Shown here in pieces: positions 1 to 9,230 of a DNA stretch of 64,000 nt; position 1 is the stretch's first letter; every line of letters begins with the position of its first letter. The stretch covers positions 25,356 to 89,355 of the forward strand of contig JAKPPS010000056.1 of NCBI GenBank assembly GCA_029547225.1. The letters run 5' to 3'. A program made the position numbers and the translations under genes. The notes beneath the pieces are model-generated. The model was not told the origin of the DNA. It did no database searches and worked only from the letters and a program-made list of their open reading frames with translations. The stretch is from a bacterium. Its GTDB lineage: Bacteria > Patescibacteriota > Dojkabacteria > SC72 > WJKH01.

Positions 1-630
1 TACTTTAAATTGATTAAAGACCTTTCGGATGCCTTACATGCGCGAGGAAAAACCCTTTCGGTTACTGTTATGGCTCAATGGCAAGATATCCAACAAGGGA
101 TGAGTCTACAAGACACCCGCAAGGTACAAGATTGGAATTATATCGGTCAATATGCTGATGAAGTTCGTATCATGGCTTATGATTACACTTGGCAAACTGC
201 TGAAAAACCTGGTCCGATTGCGCCAATTTCTTGGATCGAAGAAGTACTTAAGTTCGCAGTAAAACGCATACCTCGAGAAAAAATATGGCTTGGTGTTCAC
301 TTATCTAGTTATGAATGGATTGTTGAAGATAACAATATCGATTGGGATAAGTATAATATTGAAGAAATACCAGCAAGTACAACTCAAAGAGCTGTCTCGT
401 ACACTTACGATTCTATAATAAATCGAATCAGTATATTTGATAGCTTTAAAACAGCATATAATACTCGTTTTGAAGAGCAAATTGCCACATATGATTGTTA
501 CGATGGTCAAAAATGTGTTCTATTCTATCAAGTAAGTCGCGGAGTGACTGCACGAGAAAACTTAGCTCAAGAATACGGAATAAGGGGTATATATTACTGG
601 AGACTAGGGGAAGAAGGCGAGCTTCTATAA
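1..630 (+). CDS. Glycoside hydrolase family 18 protein (chitinase/spore peptidoglycan hydrolase-like), C-terminal part; truncated at window start
   Basis: Frame is open from base 1. GH18 C-terminal motifs IMAYDY, PGPIAP, KIWLGV and GIYYWRLGEE are present; the catalytic DxDxE motif would lie upstream of the window. Confidence 0.8.
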   Translation, partial: YFKLIKDLSDALHARGKTLSVTVMAQWQDIQQGMSLQDTRKVQDWNYIGQYADEVRIMAYDYTWQTAEKPGPIAPISWIEEVLKFAVKRIPREKIWLGVHLSSYEWIVEDNNIDWDKYNIEEIPASTTQRAVSYTYDSIINRISIFDSFKTAYNTRFEEQIATYDCYDGQKCVLFYQVSRGVTARENLAQEYGIRGIYYWRLGEEGELL

Positions 631-724
631 CCTTTCTCATGGCTCTTGAAATGACTATTCAGCAAAGCGAACAAGGATAATACAAATCGAACCAACACGA
701 TGACGATTATGATGATGATGTCTT

Positions 725-1606
725 CTACTGCCACAAACAAGTATTAGCTACACATTTACATTGTGCGTTTTCGTTCTTCTCGACTACAACACATAAAGTA
801 TTAACTCGTGGAGATGCAGAACATACTTCTCCATTACACCCACCAACATGACAGTCATTCTCAGTATTGCATTCACCTTGTTCCTGAGGCTTTTCAAAAA
901 GATCAAAGTTATTTTCACCCCAATATATGCTTAATTTTGAAGTATCACATTTTTTATCAGTTGAACATTTTGAAACTCCATCTATACATTCACATGTGTT
1001 ACATCCATCTTCAGCATGGAAAATGTCACCATTCATAAAGGTTGTATTACTATACCAGCAGATATCAAGTATTGTACCTTCAACTTCATTTTGCAGAGTA
1101 AACGCAAACTGTGGTGAAGGCTCGGTAACAATAGAAAGATTCGCAATCGTAAAATCAAGAGTAACTAGGCACTCCTTTGGATAATCCTGCATTTCTGGAT
1201 CAATCATAGCATTCAATGTGATGATATTTTTATTGCTGTCATAAGAGTAGAAACCAACTTGAGAAGGAGGTTCATTTGCATCAGTGCATTTTTGGATATG
1301 TTCGATAACAACCTTAAGCTCATTATTCTTATACGAGATAGAAGCAACATTGTATCCGAGAGGATTATTACGATTTTCAGCAGGTATAGTGCCCGATTTA
1401 TATTTATACTTGTAAGTAAGATCTTTCTTTGTAAATTCGCTATCTTGAGGAGACTGTATGAAATCAATATTGAAATTTCCGTTACCATCATTTTGATTTC
1501 TACCCAGAATATAATCAATCCACTGCGGTTTCAAAATGTAAATCGATCCCAAAGCACCGACTAAAAGTAAGAAAATCGTTATCACAACAAGCCATTCCTT
1601 TTTCAT
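725..1606 (-). CDS. Membrane-anchored Cys-rich surface protein (VWC/pacifastin-like module plus eight-cysteine-cluster-like domain)
   Basis: N-terminal TM helix; DGCNTCECIDGVSKC module; C-terminal CNTENDCHVGGCNGEVC...CKCVANTCLW. Confidence 0.65.
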   Translation of the reverse strand: MKKEWLVVITIFLLLVGALGSIYILKPQWIDYILGRNQNDGNGNFNIDFIQSPQDSEFTKKDLTYKYKYKSGTIPAENRNNPLGYNVASISYKNNELKVVIEHIQKCTDANEPPSQVGFYSYDSNKNIITLNAMIDPEMQDYPKECLVTLDFTIANLSIVTEPSPQFAFTLQNEVEGTILDICWYSNTTFMNGDIFHAEDGCNTCECIDGVSKCSTDKKCDTSKLSIYWGENNFDLFEKPQEQGECNTENDCHVGGCNGEVCSASPRVNTLCVVVEKNENAQCKCVANTCLWQ

Positions 1607-1668
1607 ATTGACTTATTTTATCATTTTGAGCAGAATAATACCAGAACTAAGTTTCGCTAATATATTCT

Positions 1669-2583
1669 ATGACAGATTCTCATGCACACATAAGCATGCA
1701 ACCAATTTCAGACGATATCGAGAATATACTCCATGACTTTACTAGTAAAGGTGGCACGAAAATATTAAATGCTTCTTATGATTTACCATCAATCAACCAA
1801 GTTATCCTTGATAAGATTTCTATGAGCAATATTTTCCCTGACTTGATACTCACTTCAGTAGGGATCCACCCAGAAGAGTTTATTCCGACAACATTAACAA
1901 ATCATAATGATTCGCCATTAAACCAAAAATTTGATTCTTTTGAGAAAATGCGAAAAGCTTTAGATGAATACAATACACTTGTCAACAAAAACATAAAACA
2001 CATTAGTGCAATAGGAGAAACTGGTCTTGATTATCATTACTTTATAAATTCGGATAAAGAGGAAGATAGTAAATTAACGACAGATCAAATTGAAGAATTA
2101 ATCGAAATACAAAAAAACAGTTTTATCGAACATATAGAAATTGCTAAAAAAAAATCCTTACCGATGACAATCCATAGTAGGGAGAATTTTGGCGAAAATA
2201 GGTGCATCAAAGATGTCTTAAATCTCCTTTGCACAATCGGTAATGGAAAAATAGCCGCTTCTATACACAGTTATACAGGAGATATCGATCTGATTGATGA
2301 AATAATCGATCTAGGATATTACATCGGATTTAATGCCATATTAACATATAAAAGCGGTGAGAACATACGACAAATTGCATCTAAAACACCACTTGAACGA
2401 ATATTACTTGAAACAGATTGTCCAAGTTTGCCATTACATATTAAAGGTGCTCAGAAATACGGTACGCCAAGCGATATCGGATACATAGCTTCAGTACTTG
2501 CAGAGATAAAAAACATTTCTACAGAAAAGTTACTTTCGATCGTCGACGAAAACTTCAACAGAATATTTTGTAAAACTGTATAA
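1669..2583 (+). CDS. tatD: TatD family deoxyribonuclease
   Basis: DSHAH, GIHP, IGETGLDY, IHSRE, HSY and LETDCP motifs. Confidence 0.93.
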   Translation: MTDSHAHISMQPISDDIENILHDFTSKGGTKILNASYDLPSINQVILDKISMSNIFPDLILTSVGIHPEEFIPTTLTNHNDSPLNQKFDSFEKMRKALDEYNTLVNKNIKHISAIGETGLDYHYFINSDKEEDSKLTTDQIEELIEIQKNSFIEHIEIAKKKSLPMTIHSRENFGENRCIKDVLNLLCTIGNGKIAASIHSYTGDIDLIDEIIDLGYYIGFNAILTYKSGENIRQIASKTPLERILLETDCPSLPLHIKGAQKYGTPSDIGYIASVLAEIKNISTEKLLSIVDENFNRIFCKTV

Positions 2584-2586
2584 GTT

Positions 2587-2645
2587 TTTATGGTATGCCA
2601 CCAACCGTTTTACCAAACACGCTATCAACCCATGACTACCCATGC
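2587..2645 (+). repeat. Dispersed two-box intergenic repeat, copy A
   Basis: GTATGCCACCAA (2593-2604), 25 nt, CCATGACTACCCA (2630-2642); the same boxes and spacing occur on the minus strand at 18825-18874. Confidence 0.75.
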
Positions 2646-2738
2646 ACTTACTGTTACAAAATCTTATTCACATATTATAAACAAAGCATGAGAAATAGTA
2701 TTAATATTATTAAAAATCGATTGAAGAAATCTCAGTAC

Positions 2739-3902
2739 TTAATTTGAGAGTAGGGCAGAAATCTTTTTTCCAGAAATGTATTTTATGCTGTTGAATATCA
2801 AATATGCTTGACCGCCGAGAAATAATAGTAGGATAAACCAATCCTCAAAATTGTACAGCTCAAATGCTACATAAGTCTCACTCGGTACAAAGAAACTCGG
2901 TATTATTTGGAATAATTGCCCTATCACAGATATGATTGCAATAACGCTAAAAAATAATACAACCCAACCAAGTAGCGGAATTAACCACACTGTTGCAACA
3001 GCAAAGCATAACAATAATATTATTATGAATAGATCAATCTGCTCAGGATATTCGATCATAAACATTGGTATAGTAGCAATCACTATCAACGCTGTATCAA
3101 AAATGTAATCCCAAATCCGTTTATTCCGTCTATTCTTTAGAAGAATGCCATTATTAGTTTCAATTTTACTCAAATCACCATTTTCATCTTTTTTATTAAC
3201 ATTATTTGAAATATTTCGCATCAAATTCCCATCATTATCCTTTTCTAGTATTCCATTAAAAATATCATGCATACTATTTTTTACAGCATCATAATTATCT
3301 TGATTGCAAAAAAGTATGCCAACTCGTCTCCATGAATTATAAAGTGAAATTACCCTTGAGTTTTTATCAAATATTACTTGATCAATATCTGAAAAATTAA
3401 CATATTGTTTCTCCTGAGAGATAGATGTCAAACCTGTACCAACAGCACCTATCTTACCTGAAATTAACCCAAGAGCTACCAATGAACGATTCCCAAATTT
3501 TGCTTTTGAACTTGTAACCTCCATCATGACTCCATTATTATCTAGTGTAAATCGCATCGGCATTTTATTTCCGTAAAAAAGTACCATCACAATTAAAGAA
3601 ACAATGTAAAGTCCTCCAACTATAAGTGTTGTCATTAACATCATTGGTGGTATAGCCTCGATTTCATCCGTACCAACAAAAGTTAGAGTCATCAGTAAGG
3701 CCATTACAAGTCCGGTTATACCAAAGAGTTTGAGCATTTCTGACATAACTATCTTATTTGTAACCAAAGAGACATCTTTTGTCCAAGTAATCTCTCTGAA
3801 ACTTTCTGTTTTCTTAATAGTATTCTTACTACTTTTAGATTTCTTCCCTGCCATTTGTTTTAAACCAAATAACTTAGCTATCGATGATAAATTATCTATC
3901 AT
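2739..3902 (-). CDS. Hypothetical multi-pass membrane protein (alternative start 3853)
   Basis: 387-aa ORF with two N-terminal and several C-terminal hydrophobic helices around a soluble domain. Confidence 0.7.
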   Translation of the reverse strand: MIDNLSSIAKLFGLKQMAGKKSKSSKNTIKKTESFREITWTKDVSLVTNKIVMSEMLKLFGITGLVMALLMTLTFVGTDEIEAIPPMMLMTTLIVGGLYIVSLIVMVLFYGNKMPMRFTLDNNGVMMEVTSSKAKFGNRSLVALGLISGKIGAVGTGLTSISQEKQYVNFSDIDQVIFDKNSRVISLYNSWRRVGILFCNQDNYDAVKNSMHDIFNGILEKDNDGNLMRNISNNVNKKDENGDLSKIETNNGILLKNRRNKRIWDYIFDTALIVIATIPMFMIEYPEQIDLFIIILLLCFAVATVWLIPLLGWVVLFFSVIAIISVIGQLFQIIPSFFVPSETYVAFELYNFEDWFILLLFLGGQAYLIFNSIKYISGKKISALLSN

Positions 3903-3910
3903 TTATTATA

Positions 3911-4591
3911 TTAAATACTAAAGTCTGCTTTTGCTATTATAACAACAAATTCTCCACGCAGCTCAGACTCTTTTTCCAATGTATCAATTAATTTTGAAAG
4001 CCTGTCTGTTTTGATATATTCATACATTTTTGTTAAATCATTAGAAATAGACGCATACCTATCCCCATAAGCTTTCTGACATGATTTCAGAAGTGATACA
4101 ACTCTTAAGGGAGATTCATAGAAAATTATTGATCCAGTATCATTCACATATTGTGTTAATAGATCTTCTCTTGATTTCTCATTTTTCGGAGGAAAGCCCA
4201 GAAAAACGAACCTGTCTGTAGGTAAACCACTTGCACAAAGTGCCGTGCTACCTGCAAAAGCTCCTGGCAACGGAATCACTTTATATCCCGCTTTGATAAC
4301 ATCTCTTACTAATTTATAGCCAGGATCCGAAAGAGTAGGGGTTCCTGCATCGCTAATAAGTGATAAATTAAGGCTCATTTTCATTTTCTCAAGTACTTTA
4401 TCTATAAGTGTTTCGTGTATTTGATCTCGATAGGAAATCATTTGAGCCTTAATATCATATTTCTTTAATAATTGAGCGCTATGGCGAGTATCTTCAGCAA
4501 GGATAAAATGAGAATTTTTAAGAGTCTCGACAGCTCTAAATGTAATATCACTCATATTCCCTATAGGTGTCGGTACAATAAATAATGGCAT
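3911..4591 (-). CDS. rsmI: 16S rRNA (cytidine1402-2'-O)-methyltransferase
   Basis: PTPIGN, AEDTR, SDAGTP..SDPG, FYESP and RGEFVVII motifs; start taken at ATG 4591. Confidence 0.95.
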   Translation of the reverse strand: MPLFIVPTPIGNMSDITFRAVETLKNSHFILAEDTRHSAQLLKKYDIKAQMISYRDQIHETLIDKVLEKMKMSLNLSLISDAGTPTLSDPGYKLVRDVIKAGYKVIPLPGAFAGSTALCASGLPTDRFVFLGFPPKNEKSREDLLTQYVNDTGSIIFYESPLRVVSLLKSCQKAYGDRYASISNDLTKMYEYIKTDRLSKLIDTLEKESELRGEFVVIIAKADFSI

Positions 4592-4681
4592 TTTGCAACT
4601 AATCAATCAATTTATTTAAAAAGCAATTGTAGCTTTTTCGAAAATAGATAATATTCATAAAATTTCCTATCTCGATTTCAC

Positions 4682-5749
4682 TTATGCTTGTGAATACGAC
4701 TGAACAGAAATCAAATAATCAAGTATATTATCAATATCAATTTTATCATATTTTAGTGCATTGCGGATTTCAAATTGCCATATCCGTACCCGACGCAAAG
4801 CAGTACATGTTGCATAACATCCTAAATCGTTGCCGATGTCCCTGACCAGAGATCGAATATAAGTACCACTACCACAAGTAACTTCCAGACTTATATAAGC
4901 ACCGTTACGCGCGACCTTGTCAATACTATGTATTTGCACTTTTGAAGGCTTCAGATCTACTTGAATATTCTTTCTAGCAAGATCATACGCTCGAACTCCA
5001 TTTACCTTCTTTGCTGAATATTGAGGAGGAGTTTGCATTATTTCGCCGACATATTTTCTTGATACATCTATGATTCTTGTATCAATATCTGGGATCTTCT
5101 TTTCTATGTAATCTTTCAAAATTGAATTAATTTCTTCCTGTATTTCTTTGTTATTGACGCATTTATCATTTTCAAGTCTACTTAGATCTTTGCTACATAA
5201 TATCTCTTTTGCAAGTATTGGGTCTTGCGAATTAATTGGTGGACAAACATAAACTCCGCTTTTACTATTTAATATTTCGATTATCCTCTCAGACTGTAAA
5301 TCGGCATCATAATCAGTTACCTTACCATCAATATCTAGAGTATCTGTCTGTAAGCCAAGCACCATTTCGACTCGATATGTTTTACTATGTTTTAAAGTTT
5401 GCTCAAAAAGTTTTGTGGCTTTTCCAATAAGTATAATTACTAGACCTGACGCAAATGGATCTAGCGTGCCACCATGCCCAATTTTTAGTTTCTTACTATC
5501 ATTACTAAATCGACCTTCTTTTATTGAATTGTAATATTTATGTTTAATTTCTCGGATAATATCATATGTTGTAATCCCTGCAGGTTTATCGATTAACAGT
5601 ATTCCATTTAAATCCAACTCACTGATTTGTTTACGAACCTGATTTCTTGAATCATTAAATTTCTGGATTTGCTCTGCGATATATTTATCATCTGTATTAG
5701 AATCGATAGAGATAGAAAATGATTTTCCGTAATTGTTATTCTGTACCAC
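4682..5749 (-). CDS. truB: tRNA pseudouridine(55) synthase, with N-terminal extension and internal insertion, lacking the C-terminal PUA domain
   Basis: DKPAG, GHGGTLDPFASG, TDTLD, QTPPQYSAKK and SGTYIRSL motifs. Confidence 0.93.
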   Translation of the reverse strand: MVQNNNYGKSFSISIDSNTDDKYIAEQIQKFNDSRNQVRKQISELDLNGILLIDKPAGITTYDIIREIKHKYYNSIKEGRFSNDSKKLKIGHGGTLDPFASGLVIILIGKATKLFEQTLKHSKTYRVEMVLGLQTDTLDIDGKVTDYDADLQSERIIEILNSKSGVYVCPPINSQDPILAKEILCSKDLSRLENDKCVNNKEIQEEINSILKDYIEKKIPDIDTRIIDVSRKYVGEIMQTPPQYSAKKVNGVRAYDLARKNIQVDLKPSKVQIHSIDKVARNGAYISLEVTCGSGTYIRSLVRDIGNDLGCYATCTALRRVRIWQFEIRNALKYDKIDIDNILDYLISVQSYSQA

Positions 5750-5892
5750 AATTAATTATATCACACCAAACGAGATATTATTGGTATATAAATATTTTTA
5801 AACTTTAGCCTTTAAGAAATAATGATAAATCTTTCAATTACACTATTCATACTGATTCTGGTATAAAATAAATTATTGAGTTATAATAAAAT

Positions 5893-6432
5893 ATGAATCC
5901 GAGATTTTTTATTGCACCAACAGTCATATTGTTACTTATTTTTCTATCAATGTTTGTAACATACATTATAGAATTATTTGTATCTTCAACAGAAAGCACT
6001 CCCAAAGAAGATATTGACGAGATAGTTAAGCGTATTAAGGCTCAAGCAGGTGAAAGTATAGCTGATCTCGGATCGGGAACAGGCAAATTTCTACTTGCAG
6101 TGACAAAAGCAAACGACATTAGAGGAGTAGGTTTTGAATTTTCTCCAATTCTTGCATTTTTATCAAATTTCTATCGATTACTTTTTAAAATATTCACAAA
6201 AGGAAAATATCATTTTACAATCGAAGTCGCTGACTTTCTTAGTCAAGATTTACAATCATACGATATACTTTACGGGTACTTACCTCAAACTATCGTAGAT
6301 GCTTTTGAGCGGAAAGCAAATCAAGCGCTCAAAGAAGGCACACGTATTTATCTTTACAAAGCACATTTTAACAGAATCCCTGCACGAGCGGAGTATAAGC
6401 TTCCATCAGGTACAACTCTTTATGAGTATTAA
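5893..6432 (+). CDS. Membrane-anchored class I SAM-dependent methyltransferase
   Basis: N-terminal TM helix; ADLGSGTG motif I; GVGFE motif. Confidence 0.8.
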   Translation: MNPRFFIAPTVILLLIFLSMFVTYIIELFVSSTESTPKEDIDEIVKRIKAQAGESIADLGSGTGKFLLAVTKANDIRGVGFEFSPILAFLSNFYRLLFKIFTKGKYHFTIEVADFLSQDLQSYDILYGYLPQTIVDAFERKANQALKEGTRIYLYKAHFNRIPARAEYKLPSGTTLYEY

Positions 6433-6529
6433 TCAGAAGCGTTTTTCCAAGCTAGATCTCCGACTTGAATCAATTATTATTGAAGTTTGATAAGCAAATT
6501 CGAAATTTACAAATTAAGTTTATTATTTA

Positions 6530-7732
6530 TTGAAAATGGATAACAGTAAAATGGAACCTTTGGCATCAGTAGCTCGCCCAGAGACATTTGATGATTTTAT
6601 TGGGCAGAAACATTTGATCGGAGAGAAAGGAACTTTGTTGATTCTAATAAACAAAGGAATTTTACCTTCTATGATTTTCTGGGGTCCTCCAGGAACTGGC
6701 AAAACTACTTTGGCATACATTATCTCAAAGCAATTGGATTACAATTTCTACAAGCTTCAGGCTGTATCAAGTGGAAAAGCAAATCTAAAAAATATTTTAC
6801 GTAAAGCCATTGCAGATCAAAAAGAGGGCAAAAAAAGTATCTTATTTCTTGATGAGATACATCGATGGAATAAAGCTCAACAAGACGCATTACTTCCATT
6901 TGTAGAAAAAGGAGTAATTACATTAATTGGGGCAACAACAGAAAACCCATCATTTAGTATTAATTCTGCATTGTTATCACGTACAAAGGTTATCAAATTT
7001 GAGCAATTAAGCGACGAAGAGATTGCTCAAGGCTTAGAAAGAATAGTAAAAAAATATTGCTCTGAATATAAAATTGATTCTGATGTAATTAAGGCGATAT
7101 CACAACTTGCTAATGGTGATTTTAGATCCGCAATAAATATTTTAGAAATCGCAATTACTTTAGCAGATAAAAACAAAAAAGTAACAAAAGAAATAATCTT
7201 ACAAATTGTTCAAAAACAACTTTATTACGATAAAAATGGAGAAGAGCATTACAATATCATTTCAGCTCTACACAAATCCATGAGGTCTTCTGATAAAAAT
7301 GCTTCAGCATATTGGACAATGCGTATGATAGAAGCAGGTGAAGATCCACTTTACATTGCGAGAAGGATGATGCGTTTTGCTAGCGAAGATATTGGAAATG
7401 CAGACCCTCAAGCACTAGTACTTGTAAATGCTTGTTACAATGCGTGCAAAAATATGGGTTACCCAGAATGTGATGTGATCCTTATTCAGACTGCGATCTA
7501 TCTAGCTTCCTGCCCGAAAGATAATTCAGCATACAAAGTAGTTCAACAAACGCGAGAGGACGTAAAGAAGTTCGGGAACTTACAAGTCCCCATGCATATT
7601 CGCAATGGAGTAACAAAAATGATGCAGGAATTTGGGTATGGTAAAGGTTACATTTATGATCACGACACAGAAGATAAGAAGTCGGGTCAACAATGTATGC
7701 CAGATGAATTAAAAAACCGCAACTATTTTTAA
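6530..7732 (+). CDS. rarA: Replication-associated recombination protein A (AAA+)
   Basis: GPPGTGKT, DEIHRWNKAQQD, ATTENPSF, ISALHKS and ASEDIG motifs; ATG 6536 may be the true start. Confidence 0.95.
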   Translation: MKMDNSKMEPLASVARPETFDDFIGQKHLIGEKGTLLILINKGILPSMIFWGPPGTGKTTLAYIISKQLDYNFYKLQAVSSGKANLKNILRKAIADQKEGKKSILFLDEIHRWNKAQQDALLPFVEKGVITLIGATTENPSFSINSALLSRTKVIKFEQLSDEEIAQGLERIVKKYCSEYKIDSDVIKAISQLANGDFRSAINILEIAITLADKNKKVTKEIILQIVQKQLYYDKNGEEHYNIISALHKSMRSSDKNASAYWTMRMIEAGEDPLYIARRMMRFASEDIGNADPQALVLVNACYNACKNMGYPECDVILIQTAIYLASCPKDNSAYKVVQQTREDVKKFGNLQVPMHIRNGVTKMMQEFGYGKGYIYDHDTEDKKSGQQCMPDELKNRNYF

Positions 7733-7900
7733 TTCCATCACAATGAGCAATATTGATTGATATGCAGAAAAAACTGAAAACTACAAATCAATTATTATTA
7801 ACAAATATTAACAACCTAACTCATATAAAAACTCATATAAAAATTACAAATTCCATTAAAAGAAGATGAAAATTGAACTAAGTTATGATAAAATTACATT

Positions 7901-9121
7901 ATGACAAAAATATTAAAAGATGAAAAAATTATTAACCGTATTTTAGAAAAGGCAACAGAACAGATATTGCCATCAAAAGAGCAATTACGTGAGAAACTCA
8001 TGTCTGGACAAAGGCTAAGAATATATCAAGGCTTTGATCCTTCAGCTCCATCTTTACACATTGGGCACACTGTCATGATGCGTAAATTAGAAGATTTTAG
8101 AAAACTTGGACACGAAGTGATTTTTCTAATAGGCGATTATACTGCTATGATAGGCGATCCAGATAAACTTGCTGTAAGACACAAATTATCTCATGAAGAA
8201 GTACTCGAGAATGTAAAACAATATACGAAACAGGCATCAAAGATTATCGACATAGACAATAAAGAGAATCCCGTAAGTGTACGATATAATGGCGAATGGT
8301 TTAGTAAAATGAATTTTGCAGATTACATTGAATTAGCATCAAATTTTACTGTGCAAGAGCTACTAAAAAGAGATATGTTCCAGAGAAGATTAGACGCAGA
8401 AAAGCCAATCTTCCTAAGCGAATTTATATACCCGACAATGCAAGCATATGACAGTGTAATGCTCGATGTTGACATTGAAGGAGGTGGTAACGACCAATTA
8501 TTTAATATGTTGGCCGGACGAGAATTAACTTTGAAACTCAAAGGTAAAGAAAAGTTTATCATCACATGTAAATTACTCACTACCGCAGATGGCCAGAAAA
8601 TGGGCAAATCTGTCGGCGGTGCAATTTCATTTACTGATAAGCCTACTGACATATTTGGTAAGGTAATGGCTTATCCAGATCAGAATTTAGTCAGAGCCTT
8701 TGAATTACTCACAGACATCGAAATGGATGAAGTAGCTGCAATCGAAAAGCAATTGGCAGATGGCGTCAATCCAATGGAAATTAAAAAGCGATTAGCATAC
8801 GAAATCACCAAAATCATGATTGATCAAGAAAGTGCAGATAATGCAAAAAAATACTTTGAAGATGTTTTTCAAAAACGATCCGACAATGAAGACTTAAGCA
8901 TTGTTAATCTAGAAACGGAAAGTATAAATATCATCGAGCTATTGACAGAAAAGCTTCAATTCGCAAAAAGTAAATCTGAAGCAAGAAGATTAATCGAACA
9001 AAAAGCTGTAAGGATAGATGATCAACCAATCGATGATCCCAACTTTTTAGTTTCATTAGGAAATGAAGCTAAGATTGTAAGAGTAGGCAAGAAAGTTTCA
9101 AAGATCACCCGCAACTCTTAA
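7901..9121 (+). CDS. tyrS: Tyrosine--tRNA ligase
   Basis: GFDPSAPSLHIGH, YPTMQAYD, GGNDQLFN and KMGKS motifs; C-terminal S4-like domain. Confidence 0.96.
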   Translation: MTKILKDEKIINRILEKATEQILPSKEQLREKLMSGQRLRIYQGFDPSAPSLHIGHTVMMRKLEDFRKLGHEVIFLIGDYTAMIGDPDKLAVRHKLSHEEVLENVKQYTKQASKIIDIDNKENPVSVRYNGEWFSKMNFADYIELASNFTVQELLKRDMFQRRLDAEKPIFLSEFIYPTMQAYDSVMLDVDIEGGGNDQLFNMLAGRELTLKLKGKEKFIITCKLLTTADGQKMGKSVGGAISFTDKPTDIFGKVMAYPDQNLVRAFELLTDIEMDEVAAIEKQLADGVNPMEIKKRLAYEITKIMIDQESADNAKKYFEDVFQKRSDNEDLSIVNLETESINIIELLTEKLQFAKSKSEARRLIEQKAVRIDDQPIDDPNFLVSLGNEAKIVRVGKKVSKITRNS

Positions 9122-9230
9122 GGATTCTTTAACTTGGTGAAATTCAGAAGTATAGCAAATGTTAAAGTGAGCAAATAGAGATCAGCACAGTTTTTAGCAT
9201 ATCAATAATAGGAATCAAACAGATCTATCA

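Noticed and set aside
699..721. Short (GAT)n-like run between convergent genes
   Set aside because: Short, imperfect and intergenic; no evidence of function.
7818..7841. 12-bp tandem duplication AACTCATATAAA x2 upstream of tyrS; possible T-box leader
   Set aside because: Only two AT-rich copies; no T-box consensus, and the promoter geometry suggests a leaderless transcript.
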